NCBI RefSeq assembly: GCF_001194135.2
Contig: NC_068983.1
Location: 71,922,140 to 71,986,139 of the forward strand
DNA: 64,000 nt
Source of the DNA: Octopus bimaculoides
Lineage: Eukaryota
Direction of reading: 5' to 3'
Shown: piece after piece, positions 24,199-37,904 of the stretch
Position numbering within the stretch: position 1 is the first letter of the stretch
Layout of the letters: the number at the start of each line of letters is the position of its first letter
The notes under the pieces: model-generated
Told to the model about the DNA's origin: nothing
What the model saw: only the letters and a program-made list of their open reading frames with translations
The model's database searches: none
Made by a program: the position numbers and the translations under genes

Positions 24199-24415
24199 TT
24201 AAGGTGGCAAGCTTGCTGAATAATTAGTATGCCAAGTAAAATGCTTAGCTGCATTTTATCTGTCTTTATGCTCCGAGTTCTAATCCAACCAATTTCTACT
24301 ATGCATTTCATACTCTTGGGGTTGATAAAATAAGTACCAGTTGAGCACTGGGTTTGATGTAATAAGCCTTACCCTCTCCCCCAAACTTGCTAGCCTTGTG
24401 CCAAAATTTGAATCC
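24199..24415 (+). mobile_element. Family N SINE
   Basis: aaggtggcaagcttgctgaa...ggggttgataaaataagtaccagttgagcactggg...gccttgtgccaaaatttgaa. Confidence 0.8.
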
Positions 24416-25234
24416 AATATACTATCAATTTCTTAAAATACTATTACCTCCAAATGTTTGAATTTTCCAAATAACATTCTTGTGCTGAATTATCATTCTA
24501 TAAACATATTTTGGTGTGAGCATTGAATAGATCGGATAGAACAGTTATTAATGTTGATTCCAATGTTGAAACAGGTATCCAGCATGCTGTATTTTTAATA
24601 AAGTACATTGTCTTTGAAAATAATGAAGAATATAGAGAGATTTAGTAACTGACTTTGGTGTTTAGAATGTTATTTGCGAAAAGGTCCTTACTGAAAATTA
24701 TAATGGCAGGTTTTAGTTTAAATATAAACACTTTAAAAGAGTAAGTTTTGTATTGTAGAACCAAGAGCAGTCTCAGATAAGATTTTCTTTGTGTCCGGTT
24801 GTTAGTTGATGTTCATCAGCTCTGATCAAGCAGAAACAATCATAGAAAAGTTACTAATTAAATATTTAGAAATGAATCCTCTAAGTTTCCAAAAGTTTCA
24901 TGCTTTTGACCAAGATGAGGGGAAACCAGATAACCAGAGAAGAGGTACATTTTTCTTACTGTTGTTGTCAGTGCTAACATAGGTCAGTCCTGATTTGGTA
25001 AACATATGGCCATCCTGTCTTTTCCATGTGTATGGGAGAACTCAGGGTCACATTTTCTTTTCTAAGATGGTGGGATATGATTGAGGGAGATTTGGTTGTT
25101 ATTTCTAGCATCCCAAATGACAAAGTAGACATTTTATACAGATATGTATATAAGTACACACACATATATATTACCTAGCTTAGGTATGTTTTATGATAGT
25201 GATCTGCATGTTATAAACACTAACATACACAAGC

Positions 25235-25680
25235 ATGTATGCGTGCATGTACGTACGTGTGTGCATATGAGTTCACTTCACAGCCACATGATTCTAGGCT
25301 CAATTCCACTTTACAGCACCTTGAGTAAGTGTCCTGCACAGCAGAGTCCAAAATTGATCAATGCTTTATGAGTGAAATTTGATAGATGGAAACTGTATGG
25401 AAGCCTGTCAAATATGTATGTATACATGCATGTAGATATATAAACAGATAAGTATGTGTTGAATATATTGGTGAAAATTACTTGTGATATTTAAACCTGT
25501 AAGGTGGGAGGTAATTCTTTAGAAGGGATGTAACTTAGATGACCTTAGAGATAAATAAAATGAGTATCCATCTAAAAACTGTGGACTGATATTATAGACT
25601 AAAAATCCTTGAAGGGGTGGTAGTCTCTTAGCATGGCTGCAGTCCAATGACTAAAGTCAGTAAAGGAATAAACGAATTTA
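25235..25680 (+). mobile_element. Degenerate family A SINE
   Basis: gcaccttgagtaagtgtcc...gatggaaactgtatggaagcctgtc...agcatggctgcagtccaatgact. Confidence 0.55.
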
Positions 25681-26559
25681 TATATTCCTCTGAAATATCA
25701 TACTTTGTAGTTTTGTTTATTATCTAAATACTGTGAAAGATTAGAAAATATTCCTTCTGAGTTCGAGGTGTTATGTTTGAATTGAACCAATATATTTAGT
25801 GTACTTGTCATAAAGTATATGACCAACAGACTTATGGCCAGCCAGTCAGAGCAGAGTTATTCTGGTCATTTACAACTTACAGCCTATTCACTGATAAGCA
25901 TTGGAAATATTGCTAAAATAACTTGAGAAGCATATGGTTTAGTGGATTGGATGAAATTCTTACAAATATATGGCCTTGTTTGTTTGATGTATTATTTTTA
26001 TTATTATTGTTATTATTTTGTTAATGAACTAATAATAATAACAATGATGATAAAAGCAGGAAAATATTTTCATTTTCAATCTGAATAATCAGGACAGAAT
26101 CTATTTTAAGATTTGAAGATAGAACGAATATTACTTTTTCCTCTCTTTCTCTTTTTTTTAGTTGAAACATTTGAAATTATTTTAGCTATTTTGTTATATT
26201 GGAATTCGATTTAAATGTCCTGCAAATTTGTGCTTTATATCTACAGTAGAATCATATTGATAAGTCTTGTCAGAGATTAGTTACTGTCCACATCAAACAT
26301 AAACTTCAATAGAAACAGTAGTAGGCCAGTGCAGAAATAGGTTTACCAATGTCTGATATGTTTAACTTCTAATGCCTCAAACAGCTCATCAAATAAATAA
26401 ATGAATGAATGAATGAATAAATAAATAGATGAATGATTCAATGAATGAGTGAATAAATAAATAAATAGATAAATAAATAAATAAATAAATAAATTAGAAC
26501 TGTCCAAACTCTCATCCTTCTCCATTTGCCACTTATGTAATTTTAAATAAATACATAAG

Positions 26560-27118
26560 TAGTCAGCCAGCAAATTTTATTTTTAGATTTAGTTTTGCTT
26601 TTTTTTTCCTTCTTCTTTTCATTCAGATTCATATTCTTTTAAAGAGCTAATATGTCTGGAGATGCTTGCTATGAATAAAAAGGAAATGAAAAATAAAATC
26701 AAAGAAAAATGGTTCACAAAAAAGAATATAAGAACTTGACGAAAATAACCACCTGCTTCACACTAATGTCGTAATATCTCATCAGTCTAAAACACTTACT
26801 CTTTTCTTCCAGTTTTTCACAGACAACATTATTTGAACAGTCATAAAGGTTTGTTGAGATTACATTTATGTTTTTAGATTTACAATTTACTTTTTTATTA
26901 GTTTTCATCAGTGAACACTGTCATTAAGCAAAGCTAACTCTCCATTATCCATTGTGGTTAAGTGGTCTGGAGAGATAAGACCAATTAACACAGGCAGTAA
27001 TTAATTATATAGCAGGGAAGCTGCTTGGTCAGTTGAACATGGTTCCACAGTATATGTATACGCATGGCGTTGTGTATGTGTGTGCTTTGTTGAGTTGTTG
27101 TGCGTGCATCAGACAAAG
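26560..27118 (-). other. TULP4: Putative proximal 3' UTR of TULP4
   Basis: Sequence with no recognisable transposon directly after the stop codon. Minus-strand AATAAA occurs at 26894-26899 and 26576-26581. The true 3' end is unknown. Confidence 0.5.
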
Positions 27119-27235
27119 TTACTTGAGTCTCTGAGTAACATTCGCCAAAGCTACGGCAAAAGCCTGCAAGGCAGTGAAAGGATATTGAAAATCCAAGGTA
27201 TATGCATTGCTGTCTATTCTTCCAAACTGCATTAC
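27119..27235 (-). CDS. TULP4: Tubby-related protein 4, terminal coding exon (VMQFGRIDSNAYTLDFQYPFTALQAFAVALANVTQRLK*)
   Basis: Manual translation of the minus strand gives 117 nt = 38 aa + TAA. It is preceded by a pyrimidine-rich tract ending ...tttttgtcatcag. The peptide matches the TULP4 C-terminus as I recall it (VMQFGRIDG.AY.LDFQYPFSAVQAFAVALANVTQRLK). Phase 0, compatible with the upstream exon. Confidence 0.95.
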   Translation of the reverse strand, partial: VMQFGRIDSNAYTLDFQYPFTALQAFAVALANVTQRLK

Positions 27236-28744
27236 CTGATGACAAAAACAAAAACAAAGAAGTTAAAGAAAACATCATTAATAAAATGCTTTAAATGGAG
27301 AAAAATTTTTTTTCCAAATATGAAGACATGTAACAGGTATATTTGCTACTTCAAAGACAGTCTAACTCTTACTTTATTAAGAAGAGATATATCCTATTAC
27401 ACTAGTTTATGACAGTAAAGAACTGGCTCAGGAAAACATGAGCACTTTCACACACACATATATATATACACATAATGCACTTTTAGTCTGCTGTGCATGA
27501 ATTATTTTTCAGTGCTGTCACTGAATCACTGAAAATTTATATAATTTCAAAGAGAATTAATTGATATATTTTATAGTTGTTACAGTTTTATACTTGTAAA
27601 ATGGTTGGTTAGGAATGGCATCAAACTGTAGAAAACCTGACAAAGCAGACACTACAGACCAACACAGCCCTAAGGTTAGCTGAATTCAATTCAACATGTC
27701 CAATTCATGCCAGAATGGAACACTGATGTTAAATGATGATGATGATGATGATGGGGTGGTGGTGATGATGAATGCATACAAAAGATATCAGGGGTACTCT
27801 GCATTAAGTTGCTACAGCTGTTTAGCCCTAGTTCAGCCTTGATTGAACAGGCCTATGATCAAAAGCATTCTAGCCATGATCATGCACTGTTCTTTCTCTT
27901 TATGATGCTTGATTGAGATAGGAGTAAAATTTAGCTGCTTTATTTCAGAAGGTTGAGCAAATGCATAGTTTCCCTTCAATGACTCATGTTCAACAAGTAT
28001 AGTTAGTACCAACAACTACTAGTTAACTGTAACTAGTCATTCAGTTGTTTTCATCTAATCCACATAAACTCCATTATGCACAAACAATTCCACTGACTAT
28101 AAATAAATTCATTCTGTTAACCAAATGCAAGCTAAGATGATTCATACACAATAATGTTTGGATTTTTCAAGTTATCCTTCTTTATAATATTTTATATTCA
28201 AAGATTCTTATACTAATATTTGCATTGTATGTTTACAAGTTTTCTTAATGAGTAACAAATGAATTTCATTAAACATCTTCCACCTTCCATAAGATTTTTA
28301 CCATGAAGGTTGCTTACGTCAACTAATCAATTTATATACAACCCAAGTGATCAATCATAACAAAATATTGCTTTTGATTGTGGATTGCATGCTTAATCTA
28401 TTGTAGCAAACTAACTTACTCAAATGTCAGTCTTCTAGAAATATCCCTGCTTAGTTTGTAAACTTGCTGCCATTCTGTCTACATAGAATTTAGTTCTAAT
28501 GCACTTTTATTGTTACACACACAAGTTAGTTATCTGTTTCTTATTAAATTGCTCAAGTTCAGCTCACAAAACTAATATCTTACTTCTGAACATTTTCTTT
28601 TTTCAGCAAATGCAACACATTCAATGTTAGTTCACCATTGAAATAATTCCTTAATAACATCATTATCATTTTAATTGTTGGGATAGCCATGGTTTCAAGG
28701 AAAGCATAAAATGTAGGGGCATCTGAATATGGAATGTTAGATCT

Positions 28745-29137
28745 GATGACAGCATGAATACCCGCCATCCGGCATCTACCATACTCTGAACATCTTGCTT
28801 CCCTGGGCATGGACACATTAAAGCTCCGACGTCCGGCAACTGACTTGGTCAATACTCACAAGATTATCTATCTTTCCAACAACAATCTTGAACACATTTT
28901 TGAACTCCATGTGTCTAACACTCGTGGATATGCTTACAAAATCAAAAAAACAACACAACTATGACTTTTTGAAAAATCTTTTTACACTCAGAATTGCTGA
29001 AGTATGGAATAAACTAGTTGTTGGGACATGACAGCTTTCAAAACTTCCATGCTTCCTGAAATTCACCAACAGTACACATGATGCAAATCTTTTTTTTTTT
29101 TAAGTTGTAGTACACCTGAGCACTGTATACAACAATT

Positions 29138-29178
<41 letters not shown>

Positions 29179-29190
29179 ATATTATTATGT
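28745..29190 (+). mobile_element. CR1-clade LINE 3' end with (ATT)n tail
   Basis: IPAIRHLPYSEHLASLGMDTLKLRRPATDLVNTHKII...SNTRGYAYKI...FTLRIAEVWNKL, then 3' UTR and (ATT)n. Confidence 0.8.
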
Positions 29191-31318
29191 TAGCTAATTG
29201 ATAGAGCTGTTTAGTAGCATACAGTTCTAAGTTCACTTCCATGGATTGATGTTGAAATTTAGGTTGTTATTGAACATCTACAGATCATGAATAGCTAAAC
29301 TGGTAAGATACAAGTCAACCAGCCAAAAGGTCAGAATTTCACATCCTATCACTGGTTTTTATGACAAAGATGCTTAATTCTCAGCAATGAGTCCCCACTT
29401 CATCTCAAGAAAACCATAGGCAGTACATATATTGATGACTTTTACTGCTGGATTCAATTTTCATGAGTGAAAAATTACTTGGAAATGATAATGATCCAAT
29501 CCAGGAAGAAACATCTCTCACATCTGACTGCAGAAAACCAGCCACAAGAAATGACCTTATGGCTCATTGGGATTCAGAAAGGATTACTTCCTAAGAATCT
29601 AACTGAAAAGTTTCTTGTAATGTGTAGGTCTGCTTGATCAGAAATGATCAGCATCAACTAACAACTATAATATATTCAGAGAAAATATTATTCAAGCTTC
29701 AAGCATTCTTCAGGCATTCAGGCTGGCATGGTTTACACAGTTTGACAGAAGCTGATCAGGCTTCATGTCTGTTTTGGCATGATTTCTATGACTGGCTGCC
29801 CTTCCTAATACCAATCACTTTACAGAGTGTACTGGGTGCTTTTAAGCAGCACTGGTACAGGTACTTTTTATGTGGCACCATCACTTATAAGCCTGCAGAA
29901 TTAGGGATGCTCAGCTGGAGAGTGTCGCAAGGGATGAGTCTGTATGCAAAGGCAACTATGCTTTTACTTAGCTTGGCATGTCTTTTCAAGCATAGCAAAT
30001 CACCAAGAGTCTCAGTCCCCTGTCATCCCTTCTGTGAGTCTCAACATTTGTAGATCCTTTCTCACCACTTCATCTCATATCTTCCTGGGTCTACCCCTTC
30101 CACATGTTCCCTCTACAATTAAAGATCAGCACCTTCTCTTGAATTTCATTTTTCCTGTGTCAAGAGCTGGCACAAAGTAAAAGTAAAGTTCAATATAAAG
30201 TAATGTATACACTATACTTGAAATTTCCTAATTCTTCACTGACTCTTGGTAAATTTATCAAAGAGCTTCTTGGTTAGTGAAGATTAATTATTGCTTCTTG
30301 TTATATGGTAGTGGAAGCATTAAATTGCTTAAACAGTAGAGTACATGTGAGCTATGAGAGTGATTGGTTAGTGATGGCATCAGCTGATGCATGCAGATGA
30401 AACTACTGCACAGGTGTAACCTGTGATGCGAATATACACTGAATACCAAAGGAAGAGATGTTGTGTGCAAACAAATAGTGTAGGTTATCAGATACAGTAA
30501 GCAACTTGTAATGTTTTGCAAAGGATTCATCATGGAGAATGAAGGGTTAGCTCAATTGATGCTTGAAAAGCTGTTATTGTTAAACCAGCTATAGTGCTAG
30601 GTTTAATTATAAAGTTTATTTAACATTTTCCATTTTACCATTTTCAATACTGCAAACATCTGGCAGGGCACACTGCCTTGACCAAAAGTCCCAGTGACAT
30701 TGGGGGAGGGGACTATAGAATTGTGTATTTCAAAGCTCAGACCATTTTCTGAAGAAGAGAGATATTCTCTACAATGTACTAATGAAAGACTCGTCAATTT
30801 TAGACTTGTCAATTTTACAATGTTACTGCTGTCTACAGTGGCAAACTGTATTTCCAAGCAGAACTTAATGACTACTAAGTGAACCAAACCATTGAGGGTT
30901 AAGAGCCTTGATCACAGACACTGCATTATGATGATGATAAAAAACAAACAGTCAATCTTTTAGTTGGTTGTCAGTACTAGAGCTATCTAAATATTTAGAG
31001 CATATCAATATTAGAAAATTCCTTTTAGTGCCCCCAATAAAAATACATTCTTAAAATGTTTCTTTTTATTTTACTTTAAAACAACAGTATCAAAAATAAA
31101 ATCAGTAATGATAATTCTCTTCTACATAGGAGTACAATGTTAAAGATGAAAATAGTGACAGTGGAGTTTATGCCTCTACCAAAGGTATTTGGATTGGGCA
31201 CAAAGTGAACTAAAATTGAGTTATAAATCTATTTATCAAAAGCTTACCTCTCCTCTTTTGTACAATAATAACAGTGACAATAATAAATTACAAAAACAAA
31301 AGATATCAGTTCTCTCAC

Positions 31319-31510
31319 CTGACGTCCTCTAAACTCAATTTGAAAATTTTTGGCTGATTCCTGTGTCACGCGCCCTCCGAAGTCTAACTGATACACTTGA
31401 CTACCTTCATTCCATAATGGTGCTTTATTGTACATAACAAACTGACGTCCAGCACAAACAGTACTGGAACCCATGCGTCGTGGTTCACCTCGACGTCGTG
31501 CTTTTCGAAT
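31319..31510 (-). CDS. TULP4: Tubby-related protein 4, penultimate coding exon (IRKARRRGEPRRMGSSTVCAGRQFVMYNKAPLWNEGSQVYQLDFGGRVTQESAKNFQIEFRGRQ)
   Basis: 192 nt = 64 codons between acceptor tttttgttcgtttcag and donor GTGAGA. It contains NKxPLWNExxQVYQLDFGGRVTQESAKNFQIE, the Tubby-domain motif of TULP4/TUSP, and joins in frame to 27119-27235. Confidence 0.95.
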
Positions 31511-32815
31511 CTGAAACGAACAAAAATAAAAATTATATTCAGATTTGTACGATACTGCCTTGAGTTCCAATGTCTGACAATCATGATTTCTTAAATGTTT
31601 TAGAATTGGGCAGGTAGTGTGTGTGTGTGTGTGTGTGTGTGTGCATGACAGGGGGTGGAGTAAGAAGATGAGAAGCTGTGATGTTCACACCTTTGTTTCA
31701 AAAGTATTAGTACTGCAAAAAAAAAAGAAAAAGAAAAGAAAAAGAAATCAAATTGGAAACTCAAACTTATAGTATTTATAGGGAACTTATAATTGAATTA
31801 TGCATGGCAGCTGCTACAGAATCCAAGATTGAGTGTAAAGTATAAAAAATTAGATTTTAATTGTTACACTATGCATTTTTACCTCCTCCCCCTCCTCATC
31901 ATCAACATCAGCAACAGCATTATTAGTTTATTTTTTCCTTACTGACAATCTTACAATAATTTACTGTTGTTCAAAACCTAATATCCATAAACCATTTTGA
32001 CAACAACAAATGTTAGTGAAGCTACCAACTGAATTGTCAAACATATTGGAGACTAAATATAACATTTGATCAATGTGTTTTAAATTACCCATTTTCTAAA
32101 CCCTGCCTATTCAGAGTAAATTTTTCTCAATAATTCAAGATTCGTTTCTTTTAATAAACTAAATTGTAGGATCTAAAGAAAGTAGTGATAGTGTATTTTG
32201 GCAATTAACCAGTATAAACTCAATGGCTCCCAAATAGTGGGCTTTGAAAAACTCAAGCACTGCATGGGATATCTAGGTATGTAGTGAATTTTAAAAGTAT
32301 TTGAAAAATGTGACATTCATAATTTTATTAGATTTGTGCATATTTTATATGCCTGTTGGTTTTCTATATATATTCTTTTAAAGCTGTTAACCCTTAAGCT
32401 TAAATCTTAAAAAAAACAAAAAAACATGCTTTTTTTAAAACTTCCTTTTCAAAATATGTCAGAAACTGATTGTTTGATCTCCAAAGCACCATAATGCCAA
32501 AAAGATTAAGAATCACTGATATAAACAGTTCAAAAAAGGAACAAATTAGTTTACTGCAAGGAAGAGGAAAGGTTTAATGAAGGGTTTTGTCCAAAGCCTT
32601 TAAACTTGACATTTTACTCAAGGAAAACAAATTTGTTCTTTTCTTTTATATGACTTATAGCTCTCCTACCCACCATTCCTTGAAATTACTGCCAGTGTAA
32701 GTAACAGAATAATTCTAAGAATTATTATTTATTTAGTAGGAGCAACAGCTGAGAGGTTAAGAAATTTGCACTGGAAGCAGACAGTTGGAAATTTGATCCC
32801 AATGTATTTCCTTAA

Positions 32816-33024
32816 CTCTTTAGCATTCAGATTATTCTGTTAAATGTAATGCTTGTTTATTCACATTGCTTTTAATTAGTCCTGAATTATCTTGTAGTTT
32901 CAAGATTCTGATGATGTGGTAGTTTATTTTTAGAGTGACATTGTAGGGTAGGTGTGAGGGACGAGATTTAACCAGTTTGAAGATAAAGCAGAATATTTTG
33001 ACCAGATATGGCTAGTTTAAATGT
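32816..33024 (-). mobile_element. piggyBac-type MITE (family P1), one end truncated
   Basis: TTAA at 32812-32815 then ctctttagcattc; homologous to 36154-36373. Confidence 0.7.
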
Positions 33025-33720
33025 CTTCTACAATACAGGCTAATCAATACTCTGAGAGTGAAATTTGATAGATAGAAATTGTACAGAAGTCCATCATGTG
33101 TGTGTGTGTGAGTGTGTATTGTTGTTTAATCCTAAGTTAGCCCTGATCAAGCACACCTATGATCTATTGTGATCATCCCATGTGATTTTATATCTTAGAC
33201 AATGTTATCTGATGTGCCAGTCCAATAAAATGATTGGGTGTGACTCTAAGGAAATTAGACTGCTATTTCTAAAGCAAGAGCACTCATATAGAGCTTGACT
33301 GTTGTATCTGTGTTCGTCTGTAACAATGTGAAACGGTGCATCAATTTGCACATTATACACCAAAATGGTTAAAAACTTAATCATTTGATAAACAGATCAA
33401 TGACACAAGTACCAAACTCAAATATATTACTGACATTGATACTGTGAACTAAATGCTCTAAAAGGTAGTACACTGGCATGGCTGTGATTCAGTAACTTAA
33501 AATAGTTAATTAAATATAGTTGGCTGAGGAATGTGACTTAATATTATTAGTACTGACAATCATTGGTACAATGACATTGGCTAAGAATATTGGACTCTGC
33601 ATGTAATAAATCTTTGAGTTCAATCTCAGCCCCAGCATAAAGATGAAATGCATTTGTTTTACATGTTTTTCTATACTGGTACAGAGAGGTACTTAACTGA
33701 GGCAGTATTATTAAACCTGG

Positions 33721-33925
33721 AAGGCAGTGATCTGGCAGAAACAGGCGAAATGCTTAGCAATATTTCGTCTGTCTTTATGTTCTGAGTTCAAATTCCACCG
33801 AGGTTGACTTTGCCTTACATCCTTTCGGGGTCGATAAATTAAGTACCAGTTGCATACTGGGGTTGATCTAATCGATTAGGACCCCTCCCCCAAAATTTCA
33901 GGCCTTGTGCCTAGACTAGAAAAGA
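33721..33925 (+). mobile_element. Family N SINE
   Basis: ctgagttcaaattccaccgaggttgactttgccttacatcctttcggggtcgataaattaagtaccag. Confidence 0.9.
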
Positions 33926-33938
33926 TTATTATAACTGG

Positions 33939-34135
33939 AAGGTGGTGAGCTGGCAGAAACAGCACGCCAGGTGAAATGCGTAGCAGTATTTCATCTGTCT
34001 TTATGGTCTGAGTTCAAATTCCACCAAGGTTGACTTTGCCTTTCATCCTTTTGGGGTTGATAAATTAAGTACCAGTTGCATACTGGGTCAATCTAATCGA
34101 CTGGTCCCCTCCCCCAAAATTTCAGGCCTTGTGCC
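33939..34135 (+). mobile_element. Family N SINE, head-to-tail with the previous copy
   Basis: Near-identical to 33721-33925; short ttattata spacer. Confidence 0.9.
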
Positions 34136-34959
34136 TTGGTTCAGTCAATTTTATGCAAGCAGCAGAAATGACAACTTTTATGCAAGCACAAACACACACA
34201 AACATATAACGGGCATCCATACAGTTTCCAATGACCAACTACACTTACATGGCATTGGTTATCTGAAGGCAATAAGCAGTAAACAATATCTGCTCAAGGT
34301 GCTGTACAGTGGAACTGAACCTTATAACCATATAACCAAATGAACACCATATAATTGTGAAATAAACTTTTTAACCACGCAGCTAAGTCTGGGCTTATAT
34401 ACTATTTTATAGAATAAAGATGGCTGAAAGAAGCAAACAAAAGCACAATGATTTGGCTGAGAGTTTCCATCTGTTCTTATACTTACAATAGGTAAGTAAG
34501 TGTAGTTTTGAGCTCTTAGTTACTAAATCACAAGTTAGGAGTAAAAAATAAAGTAGGATAGAAAATTAAGCTACCCAATATTCTATAAAACTACAATAGT
34601 TATTTTATTTTTATTTTACTTTATATATTACTATTGGTGAAGAATAGCATCATAGGTTAATGGTTTTTAACAGATTAATGCATTTCTGATAGCAAGTGTA
34701 AAAAAGTAGTGTCTTTAACATCATGCAGAACAAGCACAACAATGAACTTTGTTCAAAAAGTATTAATTTTTCAGTTTCCTCAGCAATCTATAACATATTT
34801 TGCTGATATACATTGCTGGAAAATACCTCACCTATACATTTATTTAATTTATTATTAAAACTGAAGCTGAGAGTCACTGTAACCGTTACAGTACCTCTAC
34901 CAAGTGTTCTCTACTATAGCATAGCCTCAATTTGACCCAAGCTTTGAGAGAATTCCTTG

Positions 34960-35205
34960 AGCAAGATACTTTATTTCATATTGCTCTGGTTCACTCAGCT
35001 GTAGAAATGAGTTGTGATGTTACTAGTGCCAAGCTATATTGACTTTTGCATTTCCTTTGGATAACAACAGTAGTGTGGAGAGAGGACGTTGGTATGCATG
35101 GGTGACTGCTGGTCTTCCATAAACAACCATGCCAAACTTGTTCCTCAGGGGGTAACTTTTTAAGTGCAATCCCATGGTCATTAACGATTGAGGGTTTTTT
35201 TTACC
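34960..35205 (+). mobile_element. Family B SINE, 5'-truncated
   Basis: cttgagcaagatactttatttc..gttcactcagctgtagaaatgagttg...ggtcttccataaacaacc. Confidence 0.8.
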
Positions 35206-35829
35206 CTTTATCCATTTATACACACACACATATATCTTTGTATTTTGTACGTGGCTGATATCTACTAATGCATTCATAAAAGCTCCTAAGCAACTTGTTG
35301 CTGGCTACCGAATATTATTCCCAACATGTCAAGTTAATTGTATGGGATTGTTATGTATACGGTACTCTGTGTAATGCTGTACACACTCAACTGAATGCAA
35401 CTCACAATTTTATCTCCTCCCTCTTCTTTTTTTTTCTCTTTCCCACCTTCCATGTCCACTTGCATTGATATGTAAACAACAAACAACACTATCCCTCTCA
35501 AAGTTCTTACCTCTAACAATACATCCATCTATCTAGTAGTTTGCAAGAATTCACAAGCACCACCCCTTAATCCAACAGAACTTTTTGTTTGGTGTAGAAA
35601 GATTAACATGCTGAAGTCTAAACAACAAGAAAGCCAATGTAAACTAATGCAAAAAGTGCCTGAAGAAGTATGCATGTCAAATTAATGGGCTCCCATAGGG
35701 TCCATGGATATTATAGATAATATTTAATAATATCCTATGAATATGGTGAGGTGGTCCCATAAAAATACATGTAATGTCGAAACATATGTAGCAATGCCTT
35801 AATAAAAATATAAAATCTCCACCCGTGAA

Positions 35830-35890
<61 letters not shown>

Positions 35891-35944
35891 TATGTATGTA
35901 TACATACATAAATACACACACATACATAAATACACACACATGTA

Positions 35945-36090
35945 ATGGCTACTTTTCAGTTTTCATCTACTGAATTCCCCTTACAAAGTTTTACTACAGT
36001 AGAAGACATTTGCTAGAGGTGCTGTGCAGTAGGATCAAACCTGCAATCTTGTGGTTGTAAAGCAAACTTTTTTACCATGCACAGCCATCC
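35945..36090 (-). mobile_element. Family A SINE fragment
   Basis: tagaagacatttgct..aggtgc. Confidence 0.55.
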
Positions 36091-36153
36091 ATTTTAACTA
36101 AAGTTATAGCTATCATGAAAGATTAAGATCTTATTTTTGTCACTGCTGTTTGA

Positions 36154-36373
36154 CCCTTTAGCATTCATATCACTCTGTTAAATGTATTGCTTACTTATTC
36201 ACATTATTTTTAGTTAACCATGCATTATCTTGTAGCTTTGAGATTTCAATGATGTGATTGTTTATTTTAAAAATACTATTGTAGGGTAGGTGTGAGAGGC
36301 TGGATATGGCCAGTTTGAACATAAAATAGGTAGAATATTTTTGCCAGGTATGGCCAGTTTAAATTCTAAATGG
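36154..36373 (-). mobile_element. piggyBac-type MITE (family P1), 220 bp
   Basis: Ends ttga|CCCTTTAGCATT ... AATTCTAAATGG|ttaa, i.e. imperfect TIRs with TTAA-like flanks. Confidence 0.75.
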
Positions 36374-36431
36374 TTAATCACATCAGTCCTGAACTATTAT
36401 CAAATGTATTTCAGCCATGGCTATCTTGTGA

Positions 36432-36782
36432 AGGTACATGACCTGGTGGTGGTTTGATAGTTGGGCTCACAATCATGAGGTAGTGAGTTCAATTCCTGGA
36501 CTGGGCTGTGTGTTGTGTTCTTGAGCAAGACACTTTATTTCGCATTGCTCCAGTTCACTCAGCTGTAGAAATGAGTTGCGATGTCACTGGTGCCAAACTG
36601 AATCAGCCTTTGCCTTTCCCTTGGATAATGGCAGTGGCATGAAGAGAGGAGACTGGTATGCATGGGCAACTGCTGGCCATCCATAAACAACCTTGCCCAG
36701 ACTTATGCCTTGGAGTGGAGAGTAACTTTCTAGGTACAATCCCATGATCATTCATGACTGAAAGAGGTCTTTACCCTTTTAT
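36432..36782 (+). mobile_element. Family B SINE, full length
   Basis: Homologous to 10918-11270 along its length. Confidence 0.85.
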
Positions 36783-37904
36783 CTCACTGAGATTTTCATG
36801 CAGTTTGAAACTAAGTGTAAAATGTGCTTTTTTTATAAAAGACACTAAGATGTTGCTTGAAAAGAGATTTAGCTGTTATTTTTCAGAGGGTCAAATGCTT
36901 GCATTGAGTCACCTTTTCTTGGTTCATTATTGCTTCTGCTTTGGTATAGTGTATGAATAAGATTAATCAATAGTAAAAGCATAACTGAAGTTACACATTA
37001 GGACCAAAGCAACACATTAACAAGTTAAGTGAACAGTTTTAATTCTGTCTTATTTTTTCTTGTGTTTATTGCATAGATAAAATTTATATCAGATATATTT
37101 GATTCAAGGACTTGTTATATAATCCCAGAACTCTAGAAATGTAAAAGATGTAAGAATGAAACTCAAATCAACTTCTCACTCCTTACCAGTTACATTCCTA
37201 ACACTTTCTTTTATTGGTACCAAAACTGATGAAGTTGTCATTATCACTGTCTCAACAGTCTTGTAATGGACTCAACATCATCAATAGATATCTATTTTTA
37301 TTAGAGAGAAACAGCAGAATCTGAGGAAACTTATGATAGTCTATGCTGGTAAATAGTAAGTACAAAAAGTTGGCAAAGTGAAATAAAATACTTTGTAGTG
37401 ATAAAGGGAAGAAATTTAACATTCCAGGCAGAACATGCTTTATTATAGAAGTAAAATGTGGGAGATGAGGACATTCTATTAGTAGTGATGGAAGCCATTA
37501 TCTGAACTTTTAACCCCATCCTTTGTTTTGTCATGTAAAGCACATCTTCTATCAGTGTGCTGTAAACTATTGATTGATGCATTGTACTACTTTTCTGAGC
37601 TCATACTTCCAATGATTCACCAATGCAATATAACAAAAGGAAATATTAAATAATGTATGTCACTAGATAAAGAATGATTGTAAAAACTAGGAAAAAATAA
37701 AAAGAGGCAATGCTTTTATTATTTTATATTTTTCTTTTTTTTTTAGTTAAGAAAAAAAAAAAAAGGAAATTATCTTCAAACTGGAAAATCTGAGATGTAT
37801 GTTTTGTAAAAGAGTGAATTCTACCGAAGTTACTCGTGGACTCAGTAACAGATTAAGTTGACTATCCAAAAAAAAAAAGAAAAAAAAAAGACATCAGATT
37901 TCTA

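Noticed and set aside
30749-30790. CTGAAGA followed by an AGAGA/TCTCT stem
   Set aside because: Followed by ACAAT rather than GAAA; could be a very old PLE end but unsupported.
31875-31930. Acidic run NNAVADVDDEEGEE with a GTAAAA donor near the TULP4 exon
   Set aside because: In-frame TAA immediately upstream and no acceptor.
34885-34901. 8-bp palindrome actgtaac-c-gttacagt
   Set aside because: Short enough to be expected by chance in 64 kb.
37226-37260. CTGATGA with a GTTG/CAAC stem
   Set aside because: No GAAA after the stem and no stem I, so not a hammerhead.
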